Origin: Planctomycetota bacterium
GTDB taxonomy: Bacteria; Planctomycetota; UBA1135; UBA2386
Assembly (NCBI GenBank): GCA_046290465.1
Contig: JBKAGP010000001.1
Span: 4,992,001 to 5,056,000, forward strand
Reading direction: 5' to 3'
Length of the DNA: 64,000 bases
Shown here: positions 36,601 to 46,104 of the stretch, one piece after another
Position numbering within the stretch: the stretch's first letter is position 1
Layout of the letters: the number at the start of each line of letters is the position of its first letter
The notes under the pieces: model-generated
Database searches by the model: none
What the model was told of the DNA's origin: nothing
What the model saw: only the letters and a program-made list of their open reading frames with translations
Program-made: the position numbers and the translations under genes

Positions 36601-37518
36601 GTGAACCCTCTCATCCGCATCATCCCGGCTTTCATGGTGCGCTTCTTCGCGAAGCCCTATGTCGCCGGCGACTCCCTCGAAAAGGCGATGGGCGTCGTCG
36701 ACCAGCTGCGCTCGGAGCGCGGCCTGCTGTCGACGCTGGACCTGCTCGCCGAGGACATCCACGAGCCCGAGCAGGCGCAGCGCAACCTGCAGGCCTACCT
36801 GGACATGGTCGATGCGGCGGCGCGCGTGGCACCCGCCGACCGGCCGACGCTGTCGCTGAAGCCGTCGTCGTACACGACCAGCCCGCTGCACGAGGGCGGC
36901 GACGCCGCCGGCTCGCGCGCGGCCATGTGGCAGATCGTGCAGAAGGCGATCGAGCACGACGTCGACGTCTCGATCGACATGGAGGGCCGCCACTGGACCG
37001 ACTTCACGCTGGAGGCGCTGCAGCGCTTCCACGCGGACGGTGCGCGCAACGTCGGCTGCGTGCTGCAGACGCGTCTGCACCGCACCGAGAAGGACCTGGA
37101 CGCGCTGCCCGAGGGCATGCGCGTGCGCCTGGTGATCGGCATCTACCAGGAGCCCGCCGAGGTCGCGCTGACCGACAAGGTCGCGATGAAGGACCGGATG
37201 CTGGCGTTCGCCGAGAAGCTGCTCGAACGCGGCCACTACGTCGAGTTCGCCTCGCACGACGTGCAGTGCGTGCGCCGCTTCCTCGAGGACGTCGTGCCGC
37301 GCGTCGGCGCCGCGCAGGATCGCTACGAGGTGCAGATGCTCTACGGCGTGCCGCGCGACCGCTTCCTCGCCGACCTGCAGCGGCAGGGGGTCAAATGCCG
37401 GCTCTACGTGCCGTTCGCGCTGGGCTGGGACCTGGCGATCGAGTACCTGCGCCGCCGGCTCGACGAGTACCCGGCGATGATGTGGCTGGTCACCAAGAAC
37501 ATGTTCCTGCGGCGATGA
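36601..37518 (+). CDS. Monofunctional proline dehydrogenase
   Basis: YVAGDS, LSLKPS, IDME, VRLVIGIY.EP, ASHD, QMLYG, YLRRRL. Confidence 0.88.
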   Translation: MNPLIRIIPAFMVRFFAKPYVAGDSLEKAMGVVDQLRSERGLLSTLDLLAEDIHEPEQAQRNLQAYLDMVDAAARVAPADRPTLSLKPSSYTTSPLHEGGDAAGSRAAMWQIVQKAIEHDVDVSIDMEGRHWTDFTLEALQRFHADGARNVGCVLQTRLHRTEKDLDALPEGMRVRLVIGIYQEPAEVALTDKVAMKDRMLAFAEKLLERGHYVEFASHDVQCVRRFLEDVVPRVGAAQDRYEVQMLYGVPRDRFLADLQRQGVKCRLYVPFALGWDLAIEYLRRRLDEYPAMMWLVTKNMFLRR

Positions 37519-37666
37519 GCGGCGTCAGCTGCTCGTAGCTGCCCATGGCAGCGCGGGTTCGGGTGATTGCGAGATGGTTGCCGGGGCCCGGGGCCGGGCC
37601 GGTTTCGACGGGGAAGATCCGCCACCCTGGCGGAGCCTTGCCTTCGCCGGTATAGTGTTTCCCCCC

Positions 37667-37990
37667 ATGGATCCACTTGCCACGATTGTCGAGCGACTCT
37701 GCGCCTGGAAGGATGTCAACAAGGAGAAGCGCGACGGGAAGGACTGTTTCCTCGTCCGCGGCCAGGTCTTTGCCTACCTCGGCAAGAAGGGCGTGGTCGT
37801 CAAGCTCGCGCCGCCGCAGGTGACCGAAGCGCTCAAGATCATTGGCGCCAAGCGGATGCCGGACGACGGCGACCCGCACTCCCGCGAGTTCGTCGAGATC
37901 CCGGTCACCGGCCCGCGTGAGGTCGAGCGCGCCATGATGTGGCTGCGCCGCGCCTGCCGCCTCGGCCGCACGGCCGCCGGCCCGGTCTAG
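37667..37990 (+). CDS. Small hypothetical protein (YjbR/TfoX/luciferase-like fold?)
   Basis: FLVRGQVFAYL…WLRRA pattern; good codon usage; TATAGT at 37651-37656 just upstream. Confidence 0.65.
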   Translation: MDPLATIVERLCAWKDVNKEKRDGKDCFLVRGQVFAYLGKKGVVVKLAPPQVTEALKIIGAKRMPDDGDPHSREFVEIPVTGPREVERAMMWLRRACRLGRTAAGPV

Positions 37991-38179
37991 GGGCTGGCCC
38001 GTCTGGTAGCTTGCCGATGGATTGGCCGGCTGGTCGAGTCGCCGGCTGATGTGGGGAGCTGCCTGGGCGCGTGCTCCCGTCGGACGCCGCCGGATCCGTC
38101 GGCTGGCTCCGGAAGTCGTTGCCAATCGGTTCGCTAGGTCAACCGGTTCGCGGCGCGCCCCAACGCGCAGCCGAGGTGC

Positions 38180-38737
38180 TCAGTCCGCCCGCTGCCAGGG
38201 GATGTCGGCGACGCCGGCCTGCTGGTTGGCCAGGCGAGCCCAGCTGAAGCACAGGTCCGACAGCCGGTTGAGGTAGACGCCGATCTGCGTCGGGACCGGG
38301 TGGCTGTCGGCGACGCAGCGCTGCAGGGTCCAATAGCAGCGCTCGGCGCGCCGCGAGACCGTGCGCGCGAGGTGCAGCACCGCGCCGATCCTCGAGCCGC
38401 CCGGCAGCACGAACGTCTTGAGCTGCGGCAACTTCGACTCCGAGGCGTCGATCCACTGCTCCAACTCGCCGATCGCCTTCTCGACCCGCGGCACCGAGGC
38501 GTTGCCGCCCTCGGTCGCCAAGTCCGCGCCGATCTCGAACAGCGCGTCCTGCAGGCTCTGCACCTGCGCATCGGTCGGCGTCTGGCCGTCCTGCAGCTCC
38601 GCACGCAGCATGCCGAGCACGGAGTTCAACTCGTCGACGGTGCCGTAGGCCTCGATGCGGGCGTCGTCCTTGGGGACCCGTCGGTTGCCGAAGAGTCCGG
38701 TGTGGCCGTCGTCGCCGGTTCCGGTGTAGATGGGCAT
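38180..38737 (-). CDS. PduO/MMAB-type cob(I)alamin adenosyltransferase
   Basis: IYTGTGDDGHT, EAYGTVDELNS, FVLPGG, ARTVSRRAER, YLNRLSD. Confidence 0.93.
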   Translation of the reverse strand: MPIYTGTGDDGHTGLFGNRRVPKDDARIEAYGTVDELNSVLGMLRAELQDGQTPTDAQVQSLQDALFEIGADLATEGGNASVPRVEKAIGELEQWIDASESKLPQLKTFVLPGGSRIGAVLHLARTVSRRAERCYWTLQRCVADSHPVPTQIGVYLNRLSDLCFSWARLANQQAGVADIPWQRAD

Positions 38738-38769
38738 GCGCGCCGTTCCTGGGTCACTCGTAGGGATAG

Positions 38770-38806
38770 AAAAACCGGTCGGCGGGGCGTGAACCCCGCC
38801 GACCGG
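38770..38806 (-). terminator. Intrinsic terminator
   Basis: 13-bp stem CCGGTCGGCGGGG/CCCCGCCGACCGG with a 6-nt loop, followed by U5 on the minus strand. Confidence 0.9.
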
Positions 38807-38975
38807 AAACTCTGTTCAACACTTCGATGGGGGCCCGTCAGGGCGGATGGAGAGGTTTCCCATCTGGAGCCGTTGGCTCACACGATCCTGGCGAGAGGAC
38901 CGGTAGCCGCCCAGGTCTCGACTCCAATGCAGACAGAGAACTGTACGATCTGGCACTCGGTGCCACCGGGGCCGT
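38770..38975 (-). ncRNA. Candidate structured RNA (6S-like ncRNA or riboswitch/attenuator leader)
   Basis: Bounded by a sigma-70-type promoter and an intrinsic terminator; nested stems with G-U pairs that work only on the minus strand; no credible ORF. Confidence 0.65.
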
Positions 38976-38980
38976 GGACG

Positions 38981-39009
38981 AGTATTTTGTGGCGAGTCGG
39001 GCAAGTCAA
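38981..39009 (-). promoter_or_regulatory. Sigma-70-type promoter
   Basis: TTGACT (39009-39004), 17-bp spacer, AATACT (38986-38981). Confidence 0.65.
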
Positions 39010-39128
39010 GGTGCAAAGGCACCGCCCGGACAAGGATCGGTTTAGGATCGAGCCGCACTTGAGCGCTGGCTAAGGGGCTTCCCTCATTCGCTGCCAGCGC
39101 CGGAATCCGATCGCCTCGGAGAACAAGG

Positions 39129-40697
39129 ATGCCGTCCAGCCACGACCCGTCTCATCCCAACCTGCGCGCCGGAAGCAGGTTTTGCCTGTTGGGCCTGCTT
39201 GCCGCGGCGCTGCCGGCGCAGAACCTCGAACTCGGTGTGGTCGGTGGCTCGATGCCCGGGCCGTTCGAACTCGGCATCGCCGGCGGCCTGCCGTTCGAGA
39301 TCGTGCTGATCGTGCCGTCGAGCACCTCGGGGCCGACGCCGCTGTCGCTGGTCGATCCGGCGGATCCGCGCTCGCTGTCGATCGGCGTCGACCTGGTCGG
39401 CAACGCGATCGCGGCCATCACCGACTTCAACGGCGAGGTCTCGCTGCCGGGGCAGCTGTCGCTGGTTCCTTCGCTGGTCGACGTGCCGCTCTACTGGCAG
39501 GCGGTGACGTTCGCGTTCCAGCCGACGCTGGTCGATCGGATCAGCAACCCGGACGTGTTCCGGTTCGGCATCGCCGGGGAGTTCCGTGACCGGGGCCTGA
39601 CCACGTTCGACCTGCGCGCGTTCGCGACCGCGCTCGAACGGGCCGACCGCAAGACGCTGATCGTCGGCGGTGCGCGCGGCGCCCTGCTGGCGCAGGTCGC
39701 GGTCGACACCACCGAGATCTACGATCCGATCACCGACACGTTCGTCAACGGGCCGACGATGACGACGCCGCGCTCGCTGCACACGCAGACGAAGCTGGAC
39801 GACGGTCGCTACCTGATCTGCGGCGGCGTCGACGACGCCAACAACCCGCAGGCGAGCTGCGAGATCTACGACCCGGTCGCCGACACCTTCACCGCGGTCG
39901 CGTCGATGAACTCGCCGCGCATGGGTGCCACCGCGACGCTGCTCGCGGACGGGCGCGTGTTCGTCAGCGGCGGCCTCGAGGCGATCTCGGTGACGCCGAC
40001 GCAGCTGCAGGCGATCCGCGACGCGGTCGACTCGACCGAGATCTACGACCCCGTCACCGACACCTGGACCGTCGGCCCGCCGATGAGCGATCCGCGCGCC
40101 GGCCACGTCGCGCTGCAGCGCACCGACGGCGTGATCGTGCTGGCCGGCGGCATCAGCTGGGACCCCAACATCCTGTTCGGCTGGCTGCCGACCGTGCGCA
40201 CGTCGAGCGACCTCTACGATCCGGCGACCAACACGATGAGCGCCGGCCCGTCGATGAACGACGCGCGCGCGCTGACCGACCCGGTCGCGATCGGGGCCGA
40301 TCGCTGGCTGATCGCCGGCGGCATGAACGGCCTGTCGATCATCCCGTTCAACGCCGGCAACCCGACCGCGTCCGCCGAGATCTACGACGGCGCGAGCAAC
40401 ACCTTCACGAGCGTCGGTTCGATGGCGACGGCGCGCGCCAACCAGAAGGCGTGGGCGCTCGGCAACGGCCAGTACCTGCTCGCCGGTGGCGGCGACGGCA
40501 GCATCCTGTCGCCGGTGCCGCTGTCGTCGACCGAGGTCTTCGACACCGCGACCAACACGTTCTCGCCGGGGCCGGCGATGAACGCACCGCGCGCGGCGGC
40601 CGGCATCTACTTCACCACCCAGGGCCAGGTGTTCCTGTTCGGCGGTGCCGACTCCGGCGCGACGATCACGAACACCACGGAGTGGTACTTCTTCTGA
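39129..40697 (+). CDS. Secreted Kelch-repeat (beta-propeller) protein
   Basis: Signal peptide ending LPAQ; repeated GG…EIYDP…M..PR..H Kelch units. Confidence 0.88.
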   Translation: MPSSHDPSHPNLRAGSRFCLLGLLAAALPAQNLELGVVGGSMPGPFELGIAGGLPFEIVLIVPSSTSGPTPLSLVDPADPRSLSIGVDLVGNAIAAITDFNGEVSLPGQLSLVPSLVDVPLYWQAVTFAFQPTLVDRISNPDVFRFGIAGEFRDRGLTTFDLRAFATALERADRKTLIVGGARGALLAQVAVDTTEIYDPITDTFVNGPTMTTPRSLHTQTKLDDGRYLICGGVDDANNPQASCEIYDPVADTFTAVASMNSPRMGATATLLADGRVFVSGGLEAISVTPTQLQAIRDAVDSTEIYDPVTDTWTVGPPMSDPRAGHVALQRTDGVIVLAGGISWDPNILFGWLPTVRTSSDLYDPATNTMSAGPSMNDARALTDPVAIGADRWLIAGGMNGLSIIPFNAGNPTASAEIYDGASNTFTSVGSMATARANQKAWALGNGQYLLAGGGDGSILSPVPLSSTEVFDTATNTFSPGPAMNAPRAAAGIYFTTQGQVFLFGGADSGATITNTTEWYFF

Positions 40698-40711
40698 TCC
40701 ACCAGGACCCG

Positions 40712-41446
40712 TTGCTCGACGTGCTGGCCGCCAACGTGCGGTCGTTGCGCAAGGCGCGCGGCTGGTCCCGGCGCGACCTGGCGACGCGCGCCGACATCAG
40801 CGAGCGATTCCTCGCCGATGTCGAGCAGGCCTCGGCCAACCCGTCGCTGCTGCGCGTGCAGGCGCTGGCGCGCGCGTTCGACGTCGCGCTGGTCGATCTG
40901 CTGACGGCGGCCGCGCCGACCGAACGCGCGCACGTCGCGCTGCTCGGCCTGCGCGGCGCCGGCAAGAGCACCGTCGGGCCGCTGCTGGCCGAACGCATGC
41001 AGGTGCCGTTCGTCGAGCTGGACGCGCGCATCGAGGCGACGTCGGGCCTGAGTCTCGACGAGATCTTCCAGGTGCACGGCGAGTCGTACTGCCGTTCGAC
41101 CGAGCGCAGCGAACTGGATCGGCTGCTCGCCGGCGAACCGTGCGTGGTCGCCGTCGGCGGCGGCCTGGTCACCGACGCGGACAGCTATCGATCGCTGCGC
41201 CAGCAGGCGCGAACGGTGTGGCTGCGCGCCGCTCCGGAGGATCACTGGCGGCGCGTGATCGCGCAGGGCGACACCCGTCCGATGGCCGACAACGAGCAGG
41301 CGTTCGTCGACCTGCGCCGCATCCTCGCGACGCGCGAACCGCTCTACGAGCAGGCCGACGTCGTCGTTGACACGTCCGATGTCCCGCTCGAACAGGTCGT
41401 CACCCGGGTCGCCGACCGCCTCGCCACCGTCGCGACGACCCTGTGA
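40712..41446 (+). CDS. XRE HTH-shikimate kinase-like regulator (BzdR/BoxR architecture)
   Basis: VRSLRKARGWSRRDLA…ISERFLADVE…NPSL HTH followed by P-loop GLRGAGKS, GGGLV and AQGDTRPM. Start uncertain (40694-40721). Confidence 0.85.
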   Translation: MLDVLAANVRSLRKARGWSRRDLATRADISERFLADVEQASANPSLLRVQALARAFDVALVDLLTAAAPTERAHVALLGLRGAGKSTVGPLLAERMQVPFVELDARIEATSGLSLDEIFQVHGESYCRSTERSELDRLLAGEPCVVAVGGGLVTDADSYRSLRQQARTVWLRAAPEDHWRRVIAQGDTRPMADNEQAFVDLRRILATREPLYEQADVVVDTSDVPLEQVVTRVADRLATVATTL

Positions 41447-41486
41447 ATCGAGGTCGCGCGGGGCTGCGGCTCGTCGACCGGTGCCG

Positions 41487-41879
41487 TTACAGCTCTTCGG
41501 GCAGTTCGTCCGGCACGTCGCCCTCGTTGCCGCGCACGACCACCAGGATCGCGCCGTGGGGGACCACCAGGTACTGCTCGTCCTCGAACGTGATCTCGAT
41601 CGCCGCCTTGCGGAAGAACAGCGCGTAGTCGCCGAGCCTGGCCTGCATCGGCAGGAAGCGCGGGTTGCGGTAGCCGTCCTTCCACGGCTCCTGTTCTTCG
41701 TTGGCCGGCGGCAGCGGCTGGCCGGGGCCGATCGCGATGACCTTGCCGCCCTGCACCTCCTCCTTCTCGACGACGTTGGCCGGCAGGTAGAGGCCGACCT
41801 TGGTCATGCGCTCCTTCTGCTCGGGCTTGACCAGCACGCGGTCGCCGACGACCAGGAGTTCCTTGTTGCCACGCTTCAT
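41487..41879 (-). CDS. groES: Co-chaperonin GroES-family protein (stand-alone)
   Basis: VGDRVLVKP, TKVGLYLP, GKVIAIGPG, GD.ALF. ATG at 41879. Confidence 0.85.
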   Translation of the reverse strand: MKRGNKELLVVGDRVLVKPEQKERMTKVGLYLPANVVEKEEVQGGKVIAIGPGQPLPPANEEQEPWKDGYRNPRFLPMQARLGDYALFFRKAAIEITFEDEQYLVVPHGAILVVVRGNEGDVPDELPEEL

Positions 41880-41952
41880 GAGACGGGCGCCACGATACGG
41901 TGGGAGCGCGCTCGCCGCATCCGTCAGGAGAGTCCCCTCGAACGTCCCGACC

Positions 41953-43428
41953 ATGCCCGCCTCGACCGTTCCCGACATCCGTATCCGTACCGCCAACGAC
42001 GGCGAACTGCGCGAGGACGGCGACTTCGTGCTCTACTGGATGATCGCGTCGCGTCGGCGGCTCGCGAACTTCTCGCTGCAGCGCGCGGTCGAGCTCGCCA
42101 ACGAGGTCGGCAAGCCGCTGCTGGTGCTCGAGGCGCTGCGCTGCGACTACCGGTGGGCCAGCGATCGCCTGCACGCCTTCGTGCTGCAGGGCATGGCCGA
42201 CAACCAGGTCGAGTTCGGCGACGCCGGGGTCACCTACCACGCCTATGTCGAGCCGGAGCAGGGGGCGGGCAAGGGGCTGCTCGAGGCCCTCTGCGAACGC
42301 GCGTGCGCCGTCGTCACCGACGACTTCCCGTGCTTCTTCCTGCCGCGCATGGTCGCCGCCGCCGCCGCGCGCTGCGACGTGCGCTTCGAGGTCGTCGACA
42401 GCAACGGCCTGCTGCCGATGCGCGCGGCCGACAAGGTGTTCCTGCGCGCGTTCGACTTCCGTCGCTTCCTGCAGAAGTCGCTGCCGCCGCACCTGTCGGA
42501 CTTTCCGGTGGGCGACCCGCTGCGCGGCTACGACCTCGGCGCGGCGAAGCTGCCGCGCGGCTTCGCCAAGCGTTGGCCGGCCGCCGACGAGGCTCTGTTG
42601 ACGGGCGACAGCGAGGAGCTGGCGGAGCTGCCGATCGACCACGACGTCGGGCCCGGGGCGCTGCGCGGCGGCCCGCGCGCGGCCGGCCAGGCGCTGCGCG
42701 CGTTCTTCGGCGATCGTCTCGATCGCTACGCGGACGAACGCAGCCACCCCGATTCGGACAGCCCCAGCGGCCTGTCGCCGTATCTGCACTTTGGGCACCT
42801 GTCGGCGCACCAGGTGTTCGCCGGCCTGGCGCAGCGCGAGGAGTGGACGAGGGATCGCATCGCCGAGAAGCAGGGCGGCCAGCGTGGTTGGTACGGCATG
42901 GGCGAGGCGGCCGAGGCGTTCCTCGACGAACTGGTCACGTGGCGCGAGCTCGGCTTCAACTACACGTCCCAGCGCGACGACTACGAGGACTACGAGTCGC
43001 TGCCGGAGTGGGCGCGCAAGACGCTCGAGAAGCACGCGCCGGACGAGCGCAGCCACCTCTACTCGCTCGACGAGTTCGCCGAGAGCCGCACCCACGACCG
43101 CGTCTGGAACGCCGCCCAGCGGCAGCTGCGCGAGACCGGCGTCATGCAGAACTACCTGCGCATGCTGTGGGGTAAGAAGGTGCTGGAGTGGTCGCGCAGC
43201 CCGCAGGAGGCGATGGCCGTGCTGATCGAACTGAACAACCGCTACGCGCTCGACGGCCGCAACCCCAACTCCTACAGCGGCATCTCCTGGGTGCTCGGCC
43301 GCTACGACCGGCCGTGGGCGCCGGAGCGGGACGTCTACGGCGTGATCCGTTACATGAGCTCCGACAACACCTTGCGCAAGCTTCGCATGAAGGGCTACAT
43401 GGCTCGCTGGGCCGACGAGGAGGACTGA
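41953..43428 (+). CDS. phr: Deoxyribodipyrimidine photolyase (class II-like)
   Basis: VLYWM, SGLSPYLHFG, RTHDRVWNAAQ, YLRMLWGKK, YALDGRNPNSY. Confidence 0.92.
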   Translation: MPASTVPDIRIRTANDGELREDGDFVLYWMIASRRRLANFSLQRAVELANEVGKPLLVLEALRCDYRWASDRLHAFVLQGMADNQVEFGDAGVTYHAYVEPEQGAGKGLLEALCERACAVVTDDFPCFFLPRMVAAAAARCDVRFEVVDSNGLLPMRAADKVFLRAFDFRRFLQKSLPPHLSDFPVGDPLRGYDLGAAKLPRGFAKRWPAADEALLTGDSEELAELPIDHDVGPGALRGGPRAAGQALRAFFGDRLDRYADERSHPDSDSPSGLSPYLHFGHLSAHQVFAGLAQREEWTRDRIAEKQGGQRGWYGMGEAAEAFLDELVTWRELGFNYTSQRDDYEDYESLPEWARKTLEKHAPDERSHLYSLDEFAESRTHDRVWNAAQRQLRETGVMQNYLRMLWGKKVLEWSRSPQEAMAVLIELNNRYALDGRNPNSYSGISWVLGRYDRPWAPERDVYGVIRYMSSDNTLRKLRMKGYMARWADEED

Positions 43429-43555
43429 TCCGCGGGCGGTCGTGCCGGGGTGGTCGGGTCGGTTGTCCCTTTGCAGCACGAGCTGCTGCGGCGCAGCGGT
43501 TCGAAGCGCGATCCGGTGCAGGCGCCGACGCAGCGGCGGTCGAACTGACCGTGCG

Positions 43556-44554
43556 CTACTCGCCGAACAGGCGCGACAGGAAGCCCTCGTCGCCGAAGCG
43601 CGTGCGCGAGCCGGTCTTGCCCAGCCGCACGACCAGCAGCTTTCGCGACGGGATGATGTAGAGCTTCTGGTTGAACATGCCCGCAGCCGAGACCGTGTCC
43701 TTCGGGATGCGCTCGCTGCGCGCGCGCTTGCCGACGAGCCAGAAGTTGAGGCCGTAGACCGGATTGGCCTTGCTGCCGACGAAGCACTCGTCGAAGCGTG
43801 CGGTTGGCACGATCTGTCGTTCGCCGTGCTTGCCGCGGTTGAGCACCAGCAGGCCGAACTTGGCCCACTCGCGCGCCGTCATGTAGGCGCCGTAGGGCAG
43901 CGCCGGGTTGCCCTTGGCGTCGCGCAGCCACGAGGCGAACCGGCAGTCGATCGGCTGCAGCACGCGGTCCTTCAGGTAGGCGACGAAGTCGCGCGGTTGT
44001 TGTTCGCCCTCCTTGGCGCTGGCTGCGAGCTTCCGCTTGAGCACCTCGCCGAACACCATCAGGTGGTTGGAGCCGTAGCGGAACCGCTTGCCCGGCGCGC
44101 GCACGCCGTCGCAGTCGATCGACGCGGCGTACTTGTCCCGCGTGCGGATCGAATGCAGCTCCGTGTCGATGTTCTTCAGGCCGCTGGTGAAGTTCAGCAG
44201 GTGGCGGATCGTGATCTGCTCCTTGAGCTCGTCGCCGCGCCACTCGGGGATCGTCTCGCAGACCAACTCGTCCAGGGTCAGCAAGCCTTCCTGTTCGGCG
44301 ATCAGCGCCACCATCGGCGCGAACGATTTGGTGCCGCTGAAGATGTGCTGCGCTTTGTCGCGGCGGTGGCCGTTCTGGTAGCGCTCGAACACGAGCTGGT
44401 CCCGGTCGTAGACGAGCACGGCGAGGCCGGCGTGTTCCTCGGAGTAGTCGGCGGCCGTATCGAAGTCGAGCTTCGGCGCGTTCGTGCCGGTGTCCTGCGC
44501 GCACGGTGTGGCCGCCAGCAACGAGATCGCGAACAACGCGGGGAGGATGCGCAT
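43556..44554 (-). CDS. Secreted serine hydrolase, beta-lactamase (class C-like) family
   Basis: Signal peptide; SGTK (SxxK), ITIRHLLNFTSGL, PGKRFRYG. Confidence 0.88.
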   Translation of the reverse strand: MRILPALFAISLLAATPCAQDTGTNAPKLDFDTAADYSEEHAGLAVLVYDRDQLVFERYQNGHRRDKAQHIFSGTKSFAPMVALIAEQEGLLTLDELVCETIPEWRGDELKEQITIRHLLNFTSGLKNIDTELHSIRTRDKYAASIDCDGVRAPGKRFRYGSNHLMVFGEVLKRKLAASAKEGEQQPRDFVAYLKDRVLQPIDCRFASWLRDAKGNPALPYGAYMTAREWAKFGLLVLNRGKHGERQIVPTARFDECFVGSKANPVYGLNFWLVGKRARSERIPKDTVSAAGMFNQKLYIIPSRKLLVVRLGKTGSRTRFGDEGFLSRLFGE

Positions 44555-44589
44555 GGCTGCATGCTAGCCGGCGCGGCTACGCTTGGGGC

Positions 44590-46089
44590 ATGCGCCGGCT
44601 GCTCGTGCTCGGGTTCGTGGGTTGGCTGCTCGCCGGGCTGCGTGCCCAGGAGCAGCGGCCGCACATCGTGTTCATCCTCGCCGACGACCTCGGCTGGACC
44701 GACCTGTCGACCGGGCGGACCAACGGCGGCAACGGCTCGCCCTACCACCGGACGCCGAACCTCGACGCGCTGGCCGAGCGCGGCACGTGCTTCGTCAACG
44801 CCTACAGCAACGGTCCCAACTGTGCGCCGACGCGCGCGGCGCTGTGGAGCGGGCAGTGGGGGGCGAGGACCGGGATCTACACGGTCGGCAGCGGCAACCG
44901 CGGTCGCGGACGGTTCCGCAAGCTCGATGCGGCGGCCAACGAGACGACGCTGTCGGGCGATGCGGTGACGTTGGCGGAGGCGATCAAGGCGGCCGGCTAC
45001 GCGACCGCGCACTTCGGCAAGTGGCACCTCGGCAACCGGGGCGACGGCGCGTCGCCGACCGACCAGGGCTTCGACCATCAGGTCGGCGGCGACCACCGCG
45101 GCGGCATCGGTCGGCTCAGCCACTTCACCGACGAGCAAGGTGCGATGCCGATCCCCGGCATGAAGGCGAACGGCAAGGCGAGGCAGTTCGTCGCCGATCG
45201 TCTGACCGACGAGGCGATCGACTGGCTCGGTGGCGTGCGCGACGCGCCGGCGTTCTGCTGCATCAGCCACTACTCGGTGCACACGCCGATCCAGGCGCCG
45301 AAGGCGGACCTCGAGGCGACGCCGCAGCCGCCGCCGGACGCGCGGCATCGGCACCGCCGCTATGCGGCGATGATGAAGAACCTCGACGACAACGTCGGGC
45401 GCGTGATGACGTTCTTGGCGGCGACCGACGATCCGCTGCGCCCGGGGCAGAAGCTGCTGGCGAACACGCTGGTGGTGTTCACGTCGGACAACGGCGGCCT
45501 CGGCGGGTATCGCAAGGCCGGCATCGAGGGCGGCCAGGAGGTCACCGACCAGACGCCGCTGCGGGCCGGCAAGGGGTCGCTGCACGAGGGCGGCATCCGC
45601 GTGCCGTTCGTCGTGCGCTGGGACGGCAGGGTCGTCGCCGGTGGCGCCGACGACACGCCGCTGCAGCTGTTCGACCTGTATCCGACGTTGGTGGCGATCG
45701 CGGGCGGCGCGCTGCCGGCGGACCACGCGGTGGACGGGGTCGACCTGTCCGGCCGGTGGGCGGCGACGCCCGCCGCCGTCGCGTCGCGCCCGCTGTTCTG
45801 GCACTTCCCCGGCTACCTGGAGGCGAGCGGCAAGAACGGCACCTGGCGCACGACGCCGGCCGCCGCGATCCGCGACGGGGACCTCAAGGCGATCTTCTGG
45901 TTCGAGCAGCGTCGCTGGACCCTCTACGACCTCGCCGCGGACATCAGCGAATCCCACGACCTCGCCGGCAAGCGCCCGGCCGACCTGCGCCGCCTGGCTA
46001 CGCAACTCCGCGCCTGGCTCACCCGCACCAACGCCCCGTTGCCCCACCACAAGGACGGCACCCCCGCAGCCCTGCCCCCAACAAGGTAG
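44590..46089 (+). CDS. Sulfatase (formylglycine-dependent)
   Basis: ILADDLG, CAPTR (CxPxR), GKWHLG, SDNGG, GKGSLHEGGIRVP. Confidence 0.93.
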   Translation: MRRLLVLGFVGWLLAGLRAQEQRPHIVFILADDLGWTDLSTGRTNGGNGSPYHRTPNLDALAERGTCFVNAYSNGPNCAPTRAALWSGQWGARTGIYTVGSGNRGRGRFRKLDAAANETTLSGDAVTLAEAIKAAGYATAHFGKWHLGNRGDGASPTDQGFDHQVGGDHRGGIGRLSHFTDEQGAMPIPGMKANGKARQFVADRLTDEAIDWLGGVRDAPAFCCISHYSVHTPIQAPKADLEATPQPPPDARHRHRRYAAMMKNLDDNVGRVMTFLAATDDPLRPGQKLLANTLVVFTSDNGGLGGYRKAGIEGGQEVTDQTPLRAGKGSLHEGGIRVPFVVRWDGRVVAGGADDTPLQLFDLYPTLVAIAGGALPADHAVDGVDLSGRWAATPAAVASRPLFWHFPGYLEASGKNGTWRTTPAAAIRDGDLKAIFWFEQRRWTLYDLAADISESHDLAGKRPADLRRLATQLRAWLTRTNAPLPHHKDGTPAALPPTR

Positions 46090-46104
46090 GGGCTGTCCGA
46101 TCGT

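Noticed and set aside
33394..37257. 1287-aa ORF as a single gene
   Set aside because: The first ~260 codons are antisense to proline dehydrogenase, and the rest is two genes joined by an apparent frameshift.
38841..38912. tRNA-like cloverleaf within the candidate RNA
   Set aside because: No T-loop GTTCRA, no 7-nt anticodon loop and no CCA end; the arm sizes do not fit a tRNA.
38951..38965. TGGCACCGAGTGCCA (minus strand) resembles the 3' hairpin of a Cas9 tracrRNA
   Set aside because: Short match with no Cas9, repeats or anti-repeat; treated as coincidence.
38816..39058. 80-aa minus-strand ORF and 72-aa plus-strand ORF (38827-39045)
   Set aside because: No motifs, atypical composition, and they cross a promoter and structured RNA; probably spurious.
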